Shown: positions 29,901 to 41,844, counted from the stretch's first letter. The stretch is 62,928 bases of DNA from an uncultured Armatimonadia bacterium (GCA_963749155.1 CAVVLO010000007.1:1-62928); one strand, 5' to 3'. A program made the numbers and translations. Notes: generated by a model not told the origin, from the letters alone.

Positions 29901-32900
29901 TGCCCTGCCTCTTGCTGGATGAAATGCAAGGTGTCCTCGATAATCTGGACGCTTTCAGGCGGTGAGTTCCACAGGCGCATCCAGATATAGAGGATACGTC
30001 CTGACCACCCGCCTTCGTGGAACTCGATCAGCCCGGCCGCATCGCCAAACTGCTGGCCCGAATCGGAGACCACCGACACAAGGGGCGTGTAGCTGGCGCC
30101 AGGTGGGATAAAATCGCGGTTGATGGCTCTCAGCCTCAGGTCGCCCTCAGTGGGGAAATCCCAGGTCGCAGGCAGATTGGTTAGCACCTGCTGTCCTGGC
30201 GCGACCTGGAAGCTCAACTTCTGGCCAGTGGGAGGCGCCTCGAAGGCGATATCGAGCGGTAGCCCAAGCTTGCCCCCCTGGTAGTTGAGCGTTCCCTTGC
30301 CGTATTCAACACCCCAGGCGAAGGGCATCGGGTAGGTCGAGGCGCAGATTATCGTCCCGCCCGCCTTCACGTAGTTGATGAGGGCGTTCAGGCCATCGTC
30401 CTGGGCGCGGATGCTGCGCAGGTAGTCCTCCCTGCCTGCATATAGGGCCAGCGGGAAGCGGTGCGGATTGAAGAAGCCCGTATCCAGCAACTCATCGGCG
30501 TTCAGCCCGTGCAATTTGCTCTGCATCCCGGCGCGCTCGAAGGCGTCCAGCAAGGTGCTGGCCGCGCCGGCGGGCATTGGGAGCAAAGCGATGCGCCCAT
30601 CAGGCACCTCCGAGAGCAGCGCCTTCACGCGTTCGGCACTGGCCCGGGCTGCATCGTCGGCAGCCTTGCGCTCTCGGCCGACCTCAAGGGCTTCGGCAAT
30701 CTGGGAAGCGACCTCTGCAGGCGGAGTGAGCGCTGTTGCGGCAAGCAGCCAGCCCTTTTCCACGCCAAACTGGGTAACCTCGGCTCCCGCGGGCAGATCG
30801 AACCAGGCGAGGTACGCCCGCTGGGTCATACAGGGCGGCCAGGCCTGCCAGGCAAGCGCCAGCCCACCGGTTGGCTTGAGGGTTGAGCCATCGGCCAGAG
30901 TGACGCCAACTGACAGCTCGCGGTCATCGCCCGCTACCAGCAAGGCCAGATTGGACTCGCCGCTTACCTGGGCCATCGGATGGCCCTGCGCGCCCAGCGG
31001 TTGGCCTTCAGGCAGCGCCGTCACGAGGAAGGGCACCCCGTAGTAGTACTGCCGCCCTGGCACGAGGCTCGCGAAGCCCGCGTTGTCCAGCCAGTCAGCC
31101 GAAAGGGGCATCAATTCTCCAAGTGGCAAGAAATTTGGCCCACTCTTCAATTGGCTGCAGCCCGTCATAACCCGTCATCATGCCTGGTGCGGCAGACGTC
31201 CCCGCCGTCAGGCCTTCCTGCGGGCCGACCATCACCACATCATCGCGGCGCAGGCCGACGATATTGAGCATATCAACGCGGTCTTTGGGCTTGCGCAGCT
31301 CGGGAGTCAGCCGCTGGCCGTCGCGTTCGATCACTCACCTGCTTGGTCGCGAGGTCGGCGAAGGGATAGTACAAAGTGATCTCGAAGTCGCCGGGAAGCG
31401 TCGTATTCAGCCTGAAGTGTAAGGAACCATCCGGCGAGGCGGCATAGTCGGCCAGGCGCAGTGAACTGCCTGCCATAGCCGCTGACAAAGGCGGCCTTCG
31501 GCCCGCAGGCGATGCAGATTTTGGCCTGGCCTACCGGCGTGTTGGCTGGCAGTACCTCGCCCCATCCATACGGGGCTCTCGTGCCCAGAGGTTGCGGCGA
31601 GCCGGGGAACAGCCCATACCGCTCGGTCATCAGGCTGCCGTAATGCCTGATGTTGGGCAGTTGGCGTTCCATATACAGCACTGGCCAGCGTTGCAGCATC
31701 CCCGCACAGCAGGTGGGCCAGCGTCGGATCGCCAGTGTAGACGTAGACCTGAGTGAGCTCATCAATATTCCACATCAGTTCGTTGGCGCAAGCCGCCGCC
31801 GCCCAGTCGCGCCCACCGTTCGGTTCTGCCAGATACCGCGGGTCAAGCCAGTCATAGGGATCGCTGTCCTGAAGCCAGAGCTGCAGATAACGATAGGTCA
31901 CGTTGCGGGCGATGCTTGAGCGCCAGCTCCGCGTTGGCAGAGCGCTCCGGGTCGTTTCTGAAGGTCTGGTAATACTCGAGGCAGAAGGCCGCCGGCAGCG
32001 TAGAGCCTATCGCGAAGGGCGAACTGGGCACATCCGCGAACCCATTACGCGTCCAGAGCAGCCCCCTCGTCCAGTTGAAGACGCCATCGATAGCGGGCAG
32101 ATACTCGGTGGCGTTGTCGTAGCGGTAATACTCGAGCAGCGAGAGGCCCGCCGCCCAGCCGTTGGCGTTGTGGAGGGTCTTTACCTCTTCCCCGCCCCAT
32201 TCGGGCGTCCAGGCGCCCAGGACTGGCTTGTTCCAGAAAAGGGTCTCTGCGCCATCAGGCAGCGCTCCGGTGATTGCGTGTTCAAGCGCCCAGGCCAGTT
32301 CGGCCCGACCCGCCGCCAGCTGATTCGTATCGCCGCGCAGCTTTGCGGCAAGCACCCGCTCTGACCTGTGCCAGGTCCAGCCTGCTATTTGCTGGGTCTC
32401 ATCGTTGCCGAAAGGCTTCTCGGCCCCTGACTTGAACAGGGGCGGCGGCACCGCGGGGAAGTCCGAGAAGCGCCGGCCTTCCGATATCCAGTCCATGTCG
32501 GGGGTTATTGGGACGGGCTCGAAGGCTTCAGGATAAAGCTGCATCCAGAGGTTCACGAGGGTGGCATTGGGATCGTCCAGCTCGCTCATATCAGTAAAGA
32601 CGCGCAGCGCGAACTGGCTCTGGATAACCGCCGGCGTCTCGGGCCACGTCAGGATGCCATAGCGAGAACCCTGATAGGGATAGGCCAGCGTGATGAATTG
32701 GCCGTCCTCGCCGAACTCCCAGCAATAACCGCAAGCCACATAGCGTTCAGTGTGGTCGTATACTCGCGCCTTCATAAAATCGAAGCCCACGTAAAGCCGG
32801 CTGTCGGAGTCCCACAGACCGATGACAGGATGCGGCATCCCGCCTAGGGGCGTTACGAAGCCCCAGTTGTGGTCCCAGCTTGAGGCGACCTCGGGGTCGT

Positions 32901-33381
32901 TGATGTGGGTGTCGTGGAAGAGAGTAAAGGGATCTTCTTTGGGCGTTGGGTGCATCCAGCCGCGCTGATGCCAAAGCCGCGCGGACGGCATTGAATAAAC
33001 CAGGAAGTGGAAAGGCACCTCGCCGACGCTCTCGCTCCACGCCTCGGAATCAAAAGTCTCCAGTTCGAGGCGGAAATCCACCCAGGGCACGCCCTCTTCA
33101 AGTTTTACGCTTATGAAGGAGCCCTCTCCCAGGCCCGCGCCGCTGCCAGGAGCAAAGCGCAGCCCCGTAAAACGCAGCGAATCGCCTTGCCCGGCAAGCT
33201 CTGTTGCGATAAGCCTGCCCGCGGTCGAGAAACGCAGCTCGATTTGCTGGCCATCCACCTGGCAGGTGAAGCCCAGATACCTGCCGGCCTCTCCGATTGG
33301 TTTCACACTGGTCACCTCGGCGCCAAAAGTCATCCCCGCAAGCAAGGCAAAGGCCAGAATCAAAATCAGTGACTTCGCCAT
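29897..33381 (-). CDS. Large secreted hypothetical protein (about 1160 aa) with a probable (alpha/alpha)-toroid core and a C-terminal GAT-like module; five +1 frameshifts
   Basis: Six ORF pieces join by removing one base each near 31917, 31708, 31490, 31335 and 31135; signal peptide; helical YRYD..EYL and YVYTGDP segments. Confidence 0.65.
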
Positions 33382-33408
33382 AAAGACCACTTCCTCGCGC
33401 TGTTGCGC

Positions 33409-34725
33409 CTAGTCCGGACTGATGGGCGGCTCGTTCGCTCCTGCCGGCGGCGGAGCCATCGAGAGCAACTGCAGCGGCTCTTCGGTGACCAGCCGGCGTA
33501 CTGGGTAATTTATGGTAAGGCCTCGTGCCTTGAAGGCCTTGTGCAGGCGTTTCACATACTCGTGGCTCAGCCTGTACTGGTCCGAGGGCGAGTTGGCCCG
33601 CAACGCCACCACAAAGGTAATATTGGAGTCACCGAACTCCTTGAAGCGCACGGCGGGTTCCCATTCGGTGGGAGCGCCATCGAACTCCGCCTGCAACTCG
33701 GTGGCAACCGCAAGAGCTACTTCCTCGACCTCGTCCAGGTCGCTCTCATAGCTGACTCCGCACCACACATAGGTTGAAAGCTCGGGCACGGGCAGCGTGT
33801 AGTTGATGGTGGTGCTGCTGGCCAGCTTGGCGTTGGGGATGATTACCAGGCTGTTGTTCCAGGGGCGTATGGAGGTGTGCCGCCAGCCTACCTCTACGAC
33901 GAAGCCCTCCTCGCCGCTCTCCAGTTTTATATAATCGCCCGGCCGCACAGGCCTGCTGCCGTTGAGGTAGATGCCCGCGAAAAGGTTGCTGAGAGTATCC
34001 TGCAGTGCCAGGCTGGCCGCCAGCCCCGCGATGCCCAGGGAGGTCACCAGCGTGGTGATTTTCACACCCAGCTGGTCAAGCACTATCAGGAAAGCCACGA
34101 CCAGCAGGCCAAGCTGGAAGAGTTTCTGCACCAGTGAAGCGGTTGCCGCCTGGGAGCCGCCCTCGAAACGCTGACGGTAATAGAAGAAGCCAACCCCCAG
34201 CGCCTGGTAGACCCCCAGCGCAGCAAGCACAATCAGCCCGATGACGCTGTACTGGGCAAGCTCCGTCGCTCGCTTCTGGTCGAGGTCGAACACCCAGCCG
34301 ACAGCGTTGAGCGAGGCAAGCGCCAGGGCGAGCACGACGGGGAGCCTCAGGCCACGCAGCCAACGAGCTGCGCGCTCATGGTTCTCGCTCTGGTTGAAGT
34401 AACTGGTCAACCGCAGGTAGAGGCCTAGCAGGGCCCATAAGGTCAGCACTACGACAGCTGTGTCGGCGATGTGCTGGATGCGGTTCAAGAACTCGCCCTT
34501 GTATGAGAGGGCGGCGAGAATCCGAGTACCGAAGGCCAGGACAGCGAGGGCAAGCGGGTAGGCCAGGGGTTCCAGCACAGTCCGGAGTCCGCGTCGGGGG
34601 CCACGCAGCAGCAGCGCCAGCAGGAAAGGCACCAGCAGCAGTGCCGCAAGCGAGCAAGCCGCCACTAGCAGTGCCAGCCCAATCGCAAGCGAGGTGGCGC
34701 TGGTTGTGTTTAACAACTCGTCCAT
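33409..34725 (-). CDS. mscS: Mechanosensitive ion channel, MscS family
   Basis: SLGIAGLAASLALQDTLSNLFAG, RPVRPGDYI, GWRHT, IIPNAKL, GVSYESD, FGDS. Confidence 0.92.
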   Translation of the reverse strand: MDELLNTTSATSLAIGLALLVAACSLAALLLVPFLLALLLRGPRRGLRTVLEPLAYPLALAVLAFGTRILAALSYKGEFLNRIQHIADTAVVVLTLWALLGLYLRLTSYFNQSENHERAARWLRGLRLPVVLALALASLNAVGWVFDLDQKRATELAQYSVIGLIVLAALGVYQALGVGFFYYRQRFEGGSQAATASLVQKLFQLGLLVVAFLIVLDQLGVKITTLVTSLGIAGLAASLALQDTLSNLFAGIYLNGSRPVRPGDYIKLESGEEGFVVEVGWRHTSIRPWNNSLVIIPNAKLASSTTINYTLPVPELSTYVWCGVSYESDLDEVEEVALAVATELQAEFDGAPTEWEPAVRFKEFGDSNITFVVALRANSPSDQYRLSHEYVKRLHKAFKARGLTINYPVRRLVTEEPLQLLSMAPPPAGANEPPISPD

Positions 34726-34848
34726 CTGCCTCACTCCTTGCATCAGGGTGCCGGTGAACTTCTACAGCCCAGTCTGCTTCCCTGCCCGGCATCTTTGCCG
34801 CAGGAGAAAGCCAGGCGCTGACGAACAAGCAAGGGACTCACTGGAGGG

Positions 34849-37800
34849 ATGAAGATGCGCCATATATTGCTGGTTACAGTTTTAACTGGGCTCCTTGCCT
34901 CGATTTGCCTTGCCCAGGCGCCGAATCCTGGCTTTGAGGCTCCCCTAGTTAATAACCTGCCCGAAGGCTGGGGGCCGGTCGTTTTTCCTGAGGCAGGCCT
35001 CTTCGAGCTGACAAACGATGCCCACAGTGGCAGCCAGGCGCTGCATCTGAAGCGGATAAAGCCAATGCTTGATACAGGTGAGGTCGGTGCCAACAGCACG
35101 CGGCTGTGCGGGGCCGGCGCCACCGGCTTCGAGCAGGTAAAGGGCGTTCTGAAGTTTTGGTACAAGGCGCCGATTGGGCCTGCCGAGAATCTAAAAGTCT
35201 ATGTGATTGCTCTCAATGAGAAGAGCCTCGAGCGGCCCAGTATGCAAAGGGCGACCTTCGAGATGCCCGAGGCTGCCATCGGTGATGGGCAGTGGCATAT
35301 GGGCCTGGTGCCCTTCGACTGGTCGAACGAAGAGACCATCGCAACCGCAATTATTGCCCCTCGCCTGCTTTGGAACACGGGCGAGTTGCTGCTCGACGAC
35401 TTCGAATTGTTGAAGCCCGATCAGGCGGCAGGCGTTCCGGTTATCAAGAAGCTCGAACTGGCCGAATCACGCGTCCTGCCAGGGCTGGAAGCTACTATAA
35501 AAGTCACTGTGAAGAACGCAGGTTTTGGCGTTATGGGTGGCGCGAGCGTGCAGCTTGCTCTGCCCGAGGGACTGATGGCCGAGAAGGCAAGCGCATCGCT
35601 GCCTGCGCTTGCTCCTGGTGAAGAGGCCCAGGTTGCGATTACGGTGCGCGGGCTTCGCGAGCGCCCCGGCATAATCGGCGTCACCGCGAACTGGCAGGGA
35701 CTTGAAGCCTGGTCGGCTATAAAGCTTGCTCCCAAGCTCGAAGTGAAACGATTTGCTCTCTCCTCTTTGCTGATAGCACCCAAAGAAAGCGCCTGGCTGG
35801 CGCTTGAGATCGAAAACACCGGGAACTGCATCGCCTCGGGCCTGGATTACAAGCTCAAGACGCCCGATTCCGTGAAAGCCAGTTATGAGACTGGCAAAGC
35901 AAATCTGCTGCGTCCTGGCGAGAAGACCGAAGTCCGCTGGTTGGTTAGTGGGCGCAAGGAGACTACCTGGCAAGAGGTGGCGCTTACCCTTTCGGCGCGC
36001 GATCTTGAACCAAATATGCTGACGACCCCTGTGGCTGTGCAGCAAAGTGAATACAGGCAAAACGACCGCAACTGGCTGGTCTTCGGCAACGACAAGGTGC
36101 GGTTGCTCTTCCCCAAAAGCAAGGCCGGCCATAGTGCGGCTCTCTTCGAGGTAAAGCGCTCCAACGGCCCTTCTGCCTGGCGCAGGCTGGCCGTACTGCC
36201 CTATCTCACCCGCCTGGTGACAGGCGAACCCGCCGCCCCCGAGCGCGCCATACCGTGGTTTAGCCGTGGAGAGCCAGTCTGAGAGTGAGGTGGTCTTCTC
36301 GGCTGAAGTGTCCGACGCCTCTGGAGTCGTCTGGATGCCGAAGGTCACCTTCAACCTCGAGGCTGATTCCGACTGCATCAAGGCCAGATGGGAACTCGCG
36401 ACCTCGGGCGCTGGCAAGCTGCTGGCCTTCGATGGGCCGCTTCTTTACGCAGGCTCTGGCACACTCGGCACTCAGAAGCGCGCGGCGATATTCCCGGGCT
36501 GCGAATGGCTGGTGGCTGGAGAGCAATCAAGCAACTCGCTTGACATCAAGAGCGACCATCCCGACCGGCTGCGCTATGTGCCGCACAAGCTCTTCATCAC
36601 GATGCCCTGGATGGCCGTGACCAACGAGGCTGGCACGACTGGTTTGCTCTGGGATGCCTATCAGAAGTGGGATGGCCGCAACACCGCTCCCGCGGCCGTT
36701 TTCGCCTCGCCCGACCGGTTTGGCAACGTGGACGGCCATCTGATGGGCCTCTTCCTGCCCTCTGTACCGGACTGGGTGCCCCTCAATGAGCGCATCGCAA
36801 GCAAGCCTTACCTGCTGACAGCGGGCAAGAAACTGTCTCTTGAGGCCAGCCTGTTCGGTTCTGCGGAGACCGAAGATCCGCTGGTCGCGCAAGACAAGTG
36901 GATCTCGCTTTATGGCCTGCCCGAACCGCTTCCTCCGCAGCAGGGAGACTGGTACAAGCAGCTCTCTTTTATGATGAAGGCCTATCTCGACTCCCTGTGG
37001 ATCCCCGAAGAGAACCAGTGGTGGAACAGCAAGGGCGGCGGGATGATGTCCGTAAAGGGCCTCTACCCGAACTTCGCCTATTATCTGCGACTTGGCGGCT
37101 TGCTGGCTCCTGATGAGGAGACTCGTCGAACGCGCCGAGGCGCTGCTTGACCATATTCAGCAGATTGCTCCGATGACTCCTCTTGCTGGCGACCTGGGAA
37201 TGACCTGGGACACCCCCTCCGGCGGTATCACAGGCTATTCTGTGCGCGCAAGTGAGTTAGTTACCGCAGCCGATGATCGAGGCACCTGGCCCTATGATGG
37301 CAATCGGCCAGGCACAGGCCCCTTTGAGGATTATGACTACAATATTCTCGGCAAGACGGGTGAAGTAGAGGTCGGTCTGGCCGCTTACAATACTTTTGAG
37401 ATGCTGCGCTTCATCGGATTGTCGGGCGACCGGGCGCTGCTGCCTTTCGCCGAACGCAGTCTGGCTTCTATGAAGCAGTTCCGGGTGCCTCGCGCCGCCC
37501 AGGTTTGGGAAGTGCCTGTCCACACGCCGGATATCCTGGCCTCATCAGATGCCGTGGAGGCTTATGTACTGGGCTACGAGTTGACAGGCAAGCAGGACTA
37601 TCTCGATGAGGCTCGCTATTGGGCGCGCACAGGCCTGCCCTTCCTTTACGCCTGGCATGAACAGGACCAACCTCTGATGCTGTATGCCTCCATCCCTGTT
37701 TTCGGAGCGAGCCAGTTCACAGTAAGCTGGTTCGGGCGCCCCGTGCAGTGGAATGGCTTGCGGTTCGCCCGGGCTATCCAGCGCCTGGCCGAATACGATT

Positions 37801-38757
37801 CGACCTTTGACTGGAATCAGATTGCCGAAGGTATCGTCGTAAGCGCTACCTACCAGATGCACCTCGAAGGTGAGGATATCGCCCTGTGGCCGGACAATAT
37901 CGGCCTGGTGAAGGGCGACTGGTGCCCCTGGGTATTCCAGCCGCAGCTAATAATCGATCCACTGATGGCCTTGCTCGAGCGCCCAATCGAACCTGCCTAC
38001 AGGGTGCTGCCTCTTGGCGACTATCCAATGCATGTCGTGGCTTCCCAGAAGCTGCTCTCGGCGAGGCTCGAAGGCGATTCTGTAAGCGTGGAAGTAGACT
38101 TGCCCGAGCATCAGCCAGGCCACGTGCTGCTGGCCCAGGTCGCAAGGCCAGGCGCGGTGCTGGTTGATGGCCAGCAGGTGCCGGAACTCAAGCTTCCCCT
38201 GCCTGAGGAAGGCCTGGCGTGGACTTATGTGCCAGGCCAGTCAATGGTCGTCGTGCGTCTCGGGGTGACAGGGACAACACACGGTGCAGGTCTCGGGGCT
38301 TGTGCCAAGGCCGATTTTGCTGACCGCGGCGCGCAAGACTGACCTCAATTTCGAGTTCAACGAAGGTATGGACGGCTGGCTGCCACAAAATGGTATCGGA
38401 GAGCTTTCGGTGGCCGAGGGGGCGCTTGTCATCCAGGTCACGGCCCCCGATCCCTATATGGCGCGCGGCAACCTGGAGGTCGCGGCCGCTGACATAAAGC
38501 GCCTGGCGCTGAGGATGAAGCTCGAAGGGCCAAGTCCGGCCGATTATGGGCAGCTTTACTTCAGCACCAAAACGAATACCGGTTTCACCGAGAAAGCCGT
38601 GGTGAAGTTCGATGTGATACCTGATGGCCAGTGGCACGAGTACCTGCTTGAAGTAGGCGCCCAGCCTCTGTGGAAGGGCACTATTACCTCGCTAAGGCTC
38701 GATCCGGGTCAAGCTGCTCCCGCCAGGGCGCTCGTGGATTATCTGAAACCAGAATAA
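34849..38757 (+). CDS. Very large secreted protein (about 1300 aa): CBM-like, CARDB/NPCBM-associated Ig domains, beta-supersandwich, (alpha/alpha)-toroid, C-terminal CBM-like; three +1 frameshifts (about 36265, 37125, 38280)
   Basis: Signal peptide, NPGFE, LLLDDF; TVKNAG and IENTG Ig repeats; RAAQVWEVPVHTPDILA, YELTGKQDYLDEA, SIPVFGAS, PVQWNG; DGQWHEY...SLRLDPG; GGAGG RBS. Confidence 0.75.
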
Positions 38758-38760
38758 GGC

Positions 38761-39481
38761 CTAGCTGGCCTGGGGTGGCAACCTTAGACCGTTGGCGCGC
38801 AGCAGGACCTCGTCCGAGAGCAACTCTCGGGCGGGGCCCTCGGCTACGAGTTGTCCCTTGCTCAGGATCGCCACCTCGATCGGCCAGCTCCCAGACGAGC
38901 TCAAGGTCGTGACTTGCCAGCAGTTTGGTGAGCGGCAGGGCTGTGACAAGCGCCATTAGCTCTTCCCGCCCTTCTGGATCAAGCCCATTGGTCGGGTCGT
39001 CCAGCACGAGCAGCCTGCAATCCAGTGCCAGCACGGTGGCCAGAGCTACCCGTTTGCGTTGTCCAAGACTCAGATGGTGCGGCGCTCGCTCTTCATAATC
39101 GGTCATCCCAACCGCCGCAAGGGCCTCCTGGGCGCGTCTCAGTGCCTCTGAGGGGTCTTTCAGATAGTTGAGCGGCCCGAAGGCGACGTCCTCAAGCACG
39201 GTAGGCATAAAAAGCTGGTCGGTTGGATCCTCAAAAAGCAGTCCTACCAGCCTGCGCACCTCGGTGATATGGGCTTTATCAACCGGCAAGCCGAACACTT
39301 CGAGCGTCCCTTTGGCCTCGAGCATCCCGTTCAGGCTTTCGAGCAAGGTGGTCTTCCCCGCGCCATTGGGCCCTATAAGGGCCAGCGTATGCCCCTCTTC
39401 CAGGGTGAAGCTAATCCCTCGCAAGGCCGCATCGCCGCCAGGATAAGTGTAGGTCAGGTTTTCAACTCGCAGGGCTAACAA
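38761..39481 (-). CDS. cbiO: ECF Ni/Co transporter ATPase (CbiO/NikO); +1 frameshift near 38875
   Basis: GPNGAGKTT Walker A, QLFMPTVLEDVAFGP, LSLGQRKR, LVLDDP, ASHD. Confidence 0.9.
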
Positions 39482-40215
39482 GGTATCACCAGCGCGGCGG
39501 CGCAAAGTGCGACCAAGGCAAGCAGCAGCCAGTCCAGCAGGGCAAGCCGGGCCAGCCTGGGAGCGGGCAGAGTGCCCGTGAAGCCTCGCGCCACCATCGC
39601 ATGGCCGACGCGTTCGGCGCGCTCGAAGCTGCGCAGGAAGAGACTGCCCACCACCGCGCCCGCCACTCTGGCGCGCCGTCCGATAGTGGGCGGCACCCCT
39701 CTGGCATCGCGCGCGCGGCTCATCCTTTGGGCTTCTTCCCCAAGCAGGGAAAAATAGCTGAGGGTCAGCACAACCACCGTCGAGAGCAACCTGGGCAGGC
39801 CAATCCGGCGCAGCGCCGCCACGAGCTGGCTCTCGGTGGTCACCTGGGCCAGCAGGCTAAGGGCAATCAGGGCGACCAGAGCCTTCGAAAGCACGGAAAG
39901 GTAGTTCTGGAGTCCCGCATCAGTGATCGTAAGCGCGCCCTTCCCGGCCAGCGGGAGGCAGCCCTCCGGATGGATGAAGAGCGCCGAGGTGCCGGCCAGG
40001 GCGATGAAGGGTACCGCCAGAGCGAGCCTGTGCGCAAGTGGCCGCAGAGGCAAGCCTGCGCCCAGCCACAGCAAAGCCAAAGCGAGAGCTGGCCAGGCAA
40101 GCCTGACCAGCCCCGATGACGGCACGATTACGACGGCTACGATGAGCAAGAGCGCGCTCAGCGTCTTGGTAACAGGATGTAGCCCTCGCAGAGTTTCCGC
40201 GAACCGGTTTGTCAA
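39475..40215 (-). CDS. cbiQ: ECF transporter T component (CbiQ/NikQ)
   Basis: LHPVTK, ARDARG, LFLRSFERAERVGHAMVARGF. Confidence 0.9.
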   Translation of the reverse strand: MTNRFAETLRGLHPVTKTLSALLLIVAVVIVPSSGLVRLAWPALALALLWLGAGLPLRPLAHRLALAVPFIALAGTSALFIHPEGCLPLAGKGALTITDAGLQNYLSVLSKALVALIALSLLAQVTTESQLVAALRRIGLPRLLSTVVVLTLSYFSLLGEEAQRMSRARDARGVPPTIGRRARVAGAVVGSLFLRSFERAERVGHAMVARGFTGTLPAPRLARLALLDWLLLALVALCAAALVIPC

Positions 40216-40223
40216 AAAAGAGA

Positions 40224-40523
40224 CTACTCCTCTGATGCTTGCTTGCGAGCCAGTGCGCTGCCTACTCCCCAAAGCAGGAAGAACACAAGCCCTGTGCCCA
40301 CCACTCCCGCGGCGGAAGTAGCGAATTTTTCATTGGCCACGCCCGGCATCGTGTAGTCAGGTATGGGCGATGCCAGCGCGGGGGTCTCTACCGCTTTGTC
40401 GAGAAAAGCTTGCTCCTCGGCCACCCATTCCAGCCCATCCGGAAAGGACGAAGCAAAAGGCGCCGCAAATATGGCTATCAGGAAACAGCCGACCAGCAGC
40501 CAGCCCCAGCCACGTTTGGTCAT
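40224..40523 (-). CDS. PDGLE-domain protein (NikN-like accessory component)
   Basis: FASSFPDGLEWVAE, PIPDY, two TM helices; GGAGGTG RBS. Confidence 0.9.
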   Translation of the reverse strand: MTKRGWGWLLVGCFLIAIFAAPFASSFPDGLEWVAEEQAFLDKAVETPALASPIPDYTMPGVANEKFATSAAGVVGTGLVFFLLWGVGSALARKQASEE

Positions 40524-40524
40524 T

Positions 40525-41169
40525 TCAGGCCACCTCCGCTTTGCTGGTTGCGGGCCACAGGTCAGGCCTTGCGGCGTTCACCACAGCCAGCGCCCCCACT
40601 GTTATCAAGGCCTCACCCACGCCGATAACCGCGTGCACACTGCCCATCGCCGGCAGCACGATCCCAAGTGGAGTCGTTCCTGAAATCGCAAGTTCGAGCG
40701 AACAGGCGACAGAGGCCGCAAGTACGCTTGCCCAGGCGCCAAGCGCGACCAGGCCATAACGCACCGACAGGCTCTTCGCGTTTTTGGCAAGCAGCCTTAT
40801 GCCATAAGCGGTGAAAGTCGCAACAAGCGCCATATTGAAAACATTGGCGCCCAGCGCGGTCAGTCCGCCATCCTGGAATACCAGACACTGCAGTATCAGC
40901 ACAGCGGTCATCACCAGCACCGCGGCCCAGGGGCCAAGCAGCGCGGTCACCACCGCCGCTCCAATCAGATGCCCAGAGGTACCGCCCGCCACGGGAAAGT
41001 TGACCATCTGCGCGGCGAACACGAAAGCCCCTGCAATGCCCAGGATTGGCGCCTTTTCAGGCGGGAGCGCTTTGCCCAGCTTGCTGGAGCCATAGGCGAC
41101 GGCCGCTGCTGAACCTAACGCGGTCACTGCTGCAACAGGCATATTCACGAAGCCATCAGGTATATGCAT
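40525..41169 (-). CDS. cbiM: ECF Ni/Co S component (CbiM/NikM)
   Basis: N-terminal MHIPDG metal-binding motif, GGTSGHLIG, QDGGLTALGAN, IGVGEALIT. Confidence 0.93.
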   Translation of the reverse strand: MHIPDGFVNMPVAAVTALGSAAAVAYGSSKLGKALPPEKAPILGIAGAFVFAAQMVNFPVAGGTSGHLIGAAVVTALLGPWAAVLVMTAVLILQCLVFQDGGLTALGANVFNMALVATFTAYGIRLLAKNAKSLSVRYGLVALGAWASVLAASVACSLELAISGTTPLGIVLPAMGSVHAVIGVGEALITVGALAVVNAARPDLWPATSKAEVA

Positions 41170-41190
41170 CTGCTCTCATCTCCCTGGCGT

Positions 41191-41844
41191 TTATTTGGTG
41201 TTGAAGGTGTAGCACAAATCCAGGTACCAGGTGTCATCGGCGCCTTCGGACGCGTAGAAGATACGCCCACCCATCAGCGACCAGAAATCACCCAGACCAT
41301 AATCAAAGCCAACTGAGGCGAGGCCGTCACCGCTGCTGACCCAGTCAGCGCAAAGGGTAAGGCCTTCGATGGAGTTCACGGGGACTTCTACGCCGACCAT
41401 ACCCAGAGTGATCTCATCGGCATAGGTGGCGCCAAAGTGGACGCGCAGGTTGCCTGCAAGCTGGTGGCTGGCGACGGCGTAATACGACGGCTTGCAGCCA
41501 TCGCCTAGTCCCTGCATACCCAGCGCGATAGCGGGAGTATTGCCCTCGTCCTCGGCGACGACTTGCCACTTGATATTGGCCCAGGGGCCATCTGACCCTT
41601 CATGCCACATATCTACGCCGAACTCGACGCGCTCATCCCAACTCGCCTGGAAGCCCAGGAAAGAGTCCATCTCATCGCTGTGGAACACATCGGTGCCTTC
41701 GTGGAACCAGTCCAGACAAGCAGTGTCAGAATCCAGTACATCGGCGGTCGGGATTACTACAAGGCCTGTGGGGGCGCTCCAGGCTACTGCGGATAAAAGG
41801 ACTGCGATTGCGATTGCGCTGGCTAGTGCAAGCGAGCGGTACAT
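41191..41844 (-). CDS. Putative small outer-membrane beta-barrel protein (YjbH-like N-terminus)
   Basis: Signal peptide, PTGLVVIPTADVL, alternating amphipathic strands, aromatic C-terminal strand WYLDLCYTF; AAGGAGG RBS; 21 nt from cbiM. Confidence 0.65.
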   Translation of the reverse strand: MYRSLALASAIAIAVLLSAVAWSAPTGLVVIPTADVLDSDTACLDWFHEGTDVFHSDEMDSFLGFQASWDERVEFGVDMWHEGSDGPWANIKWQVVAEDEGNTPAIALGMQGLGDGCKPSYYAVASHQLAGNLRVHFGATYADEITLGMVGVEVPVNSIEGLTLCADWVSSGDGLASVGFDYGLGDFWSLMGGRIFYASEGADDTWYLDLCYTFNTK

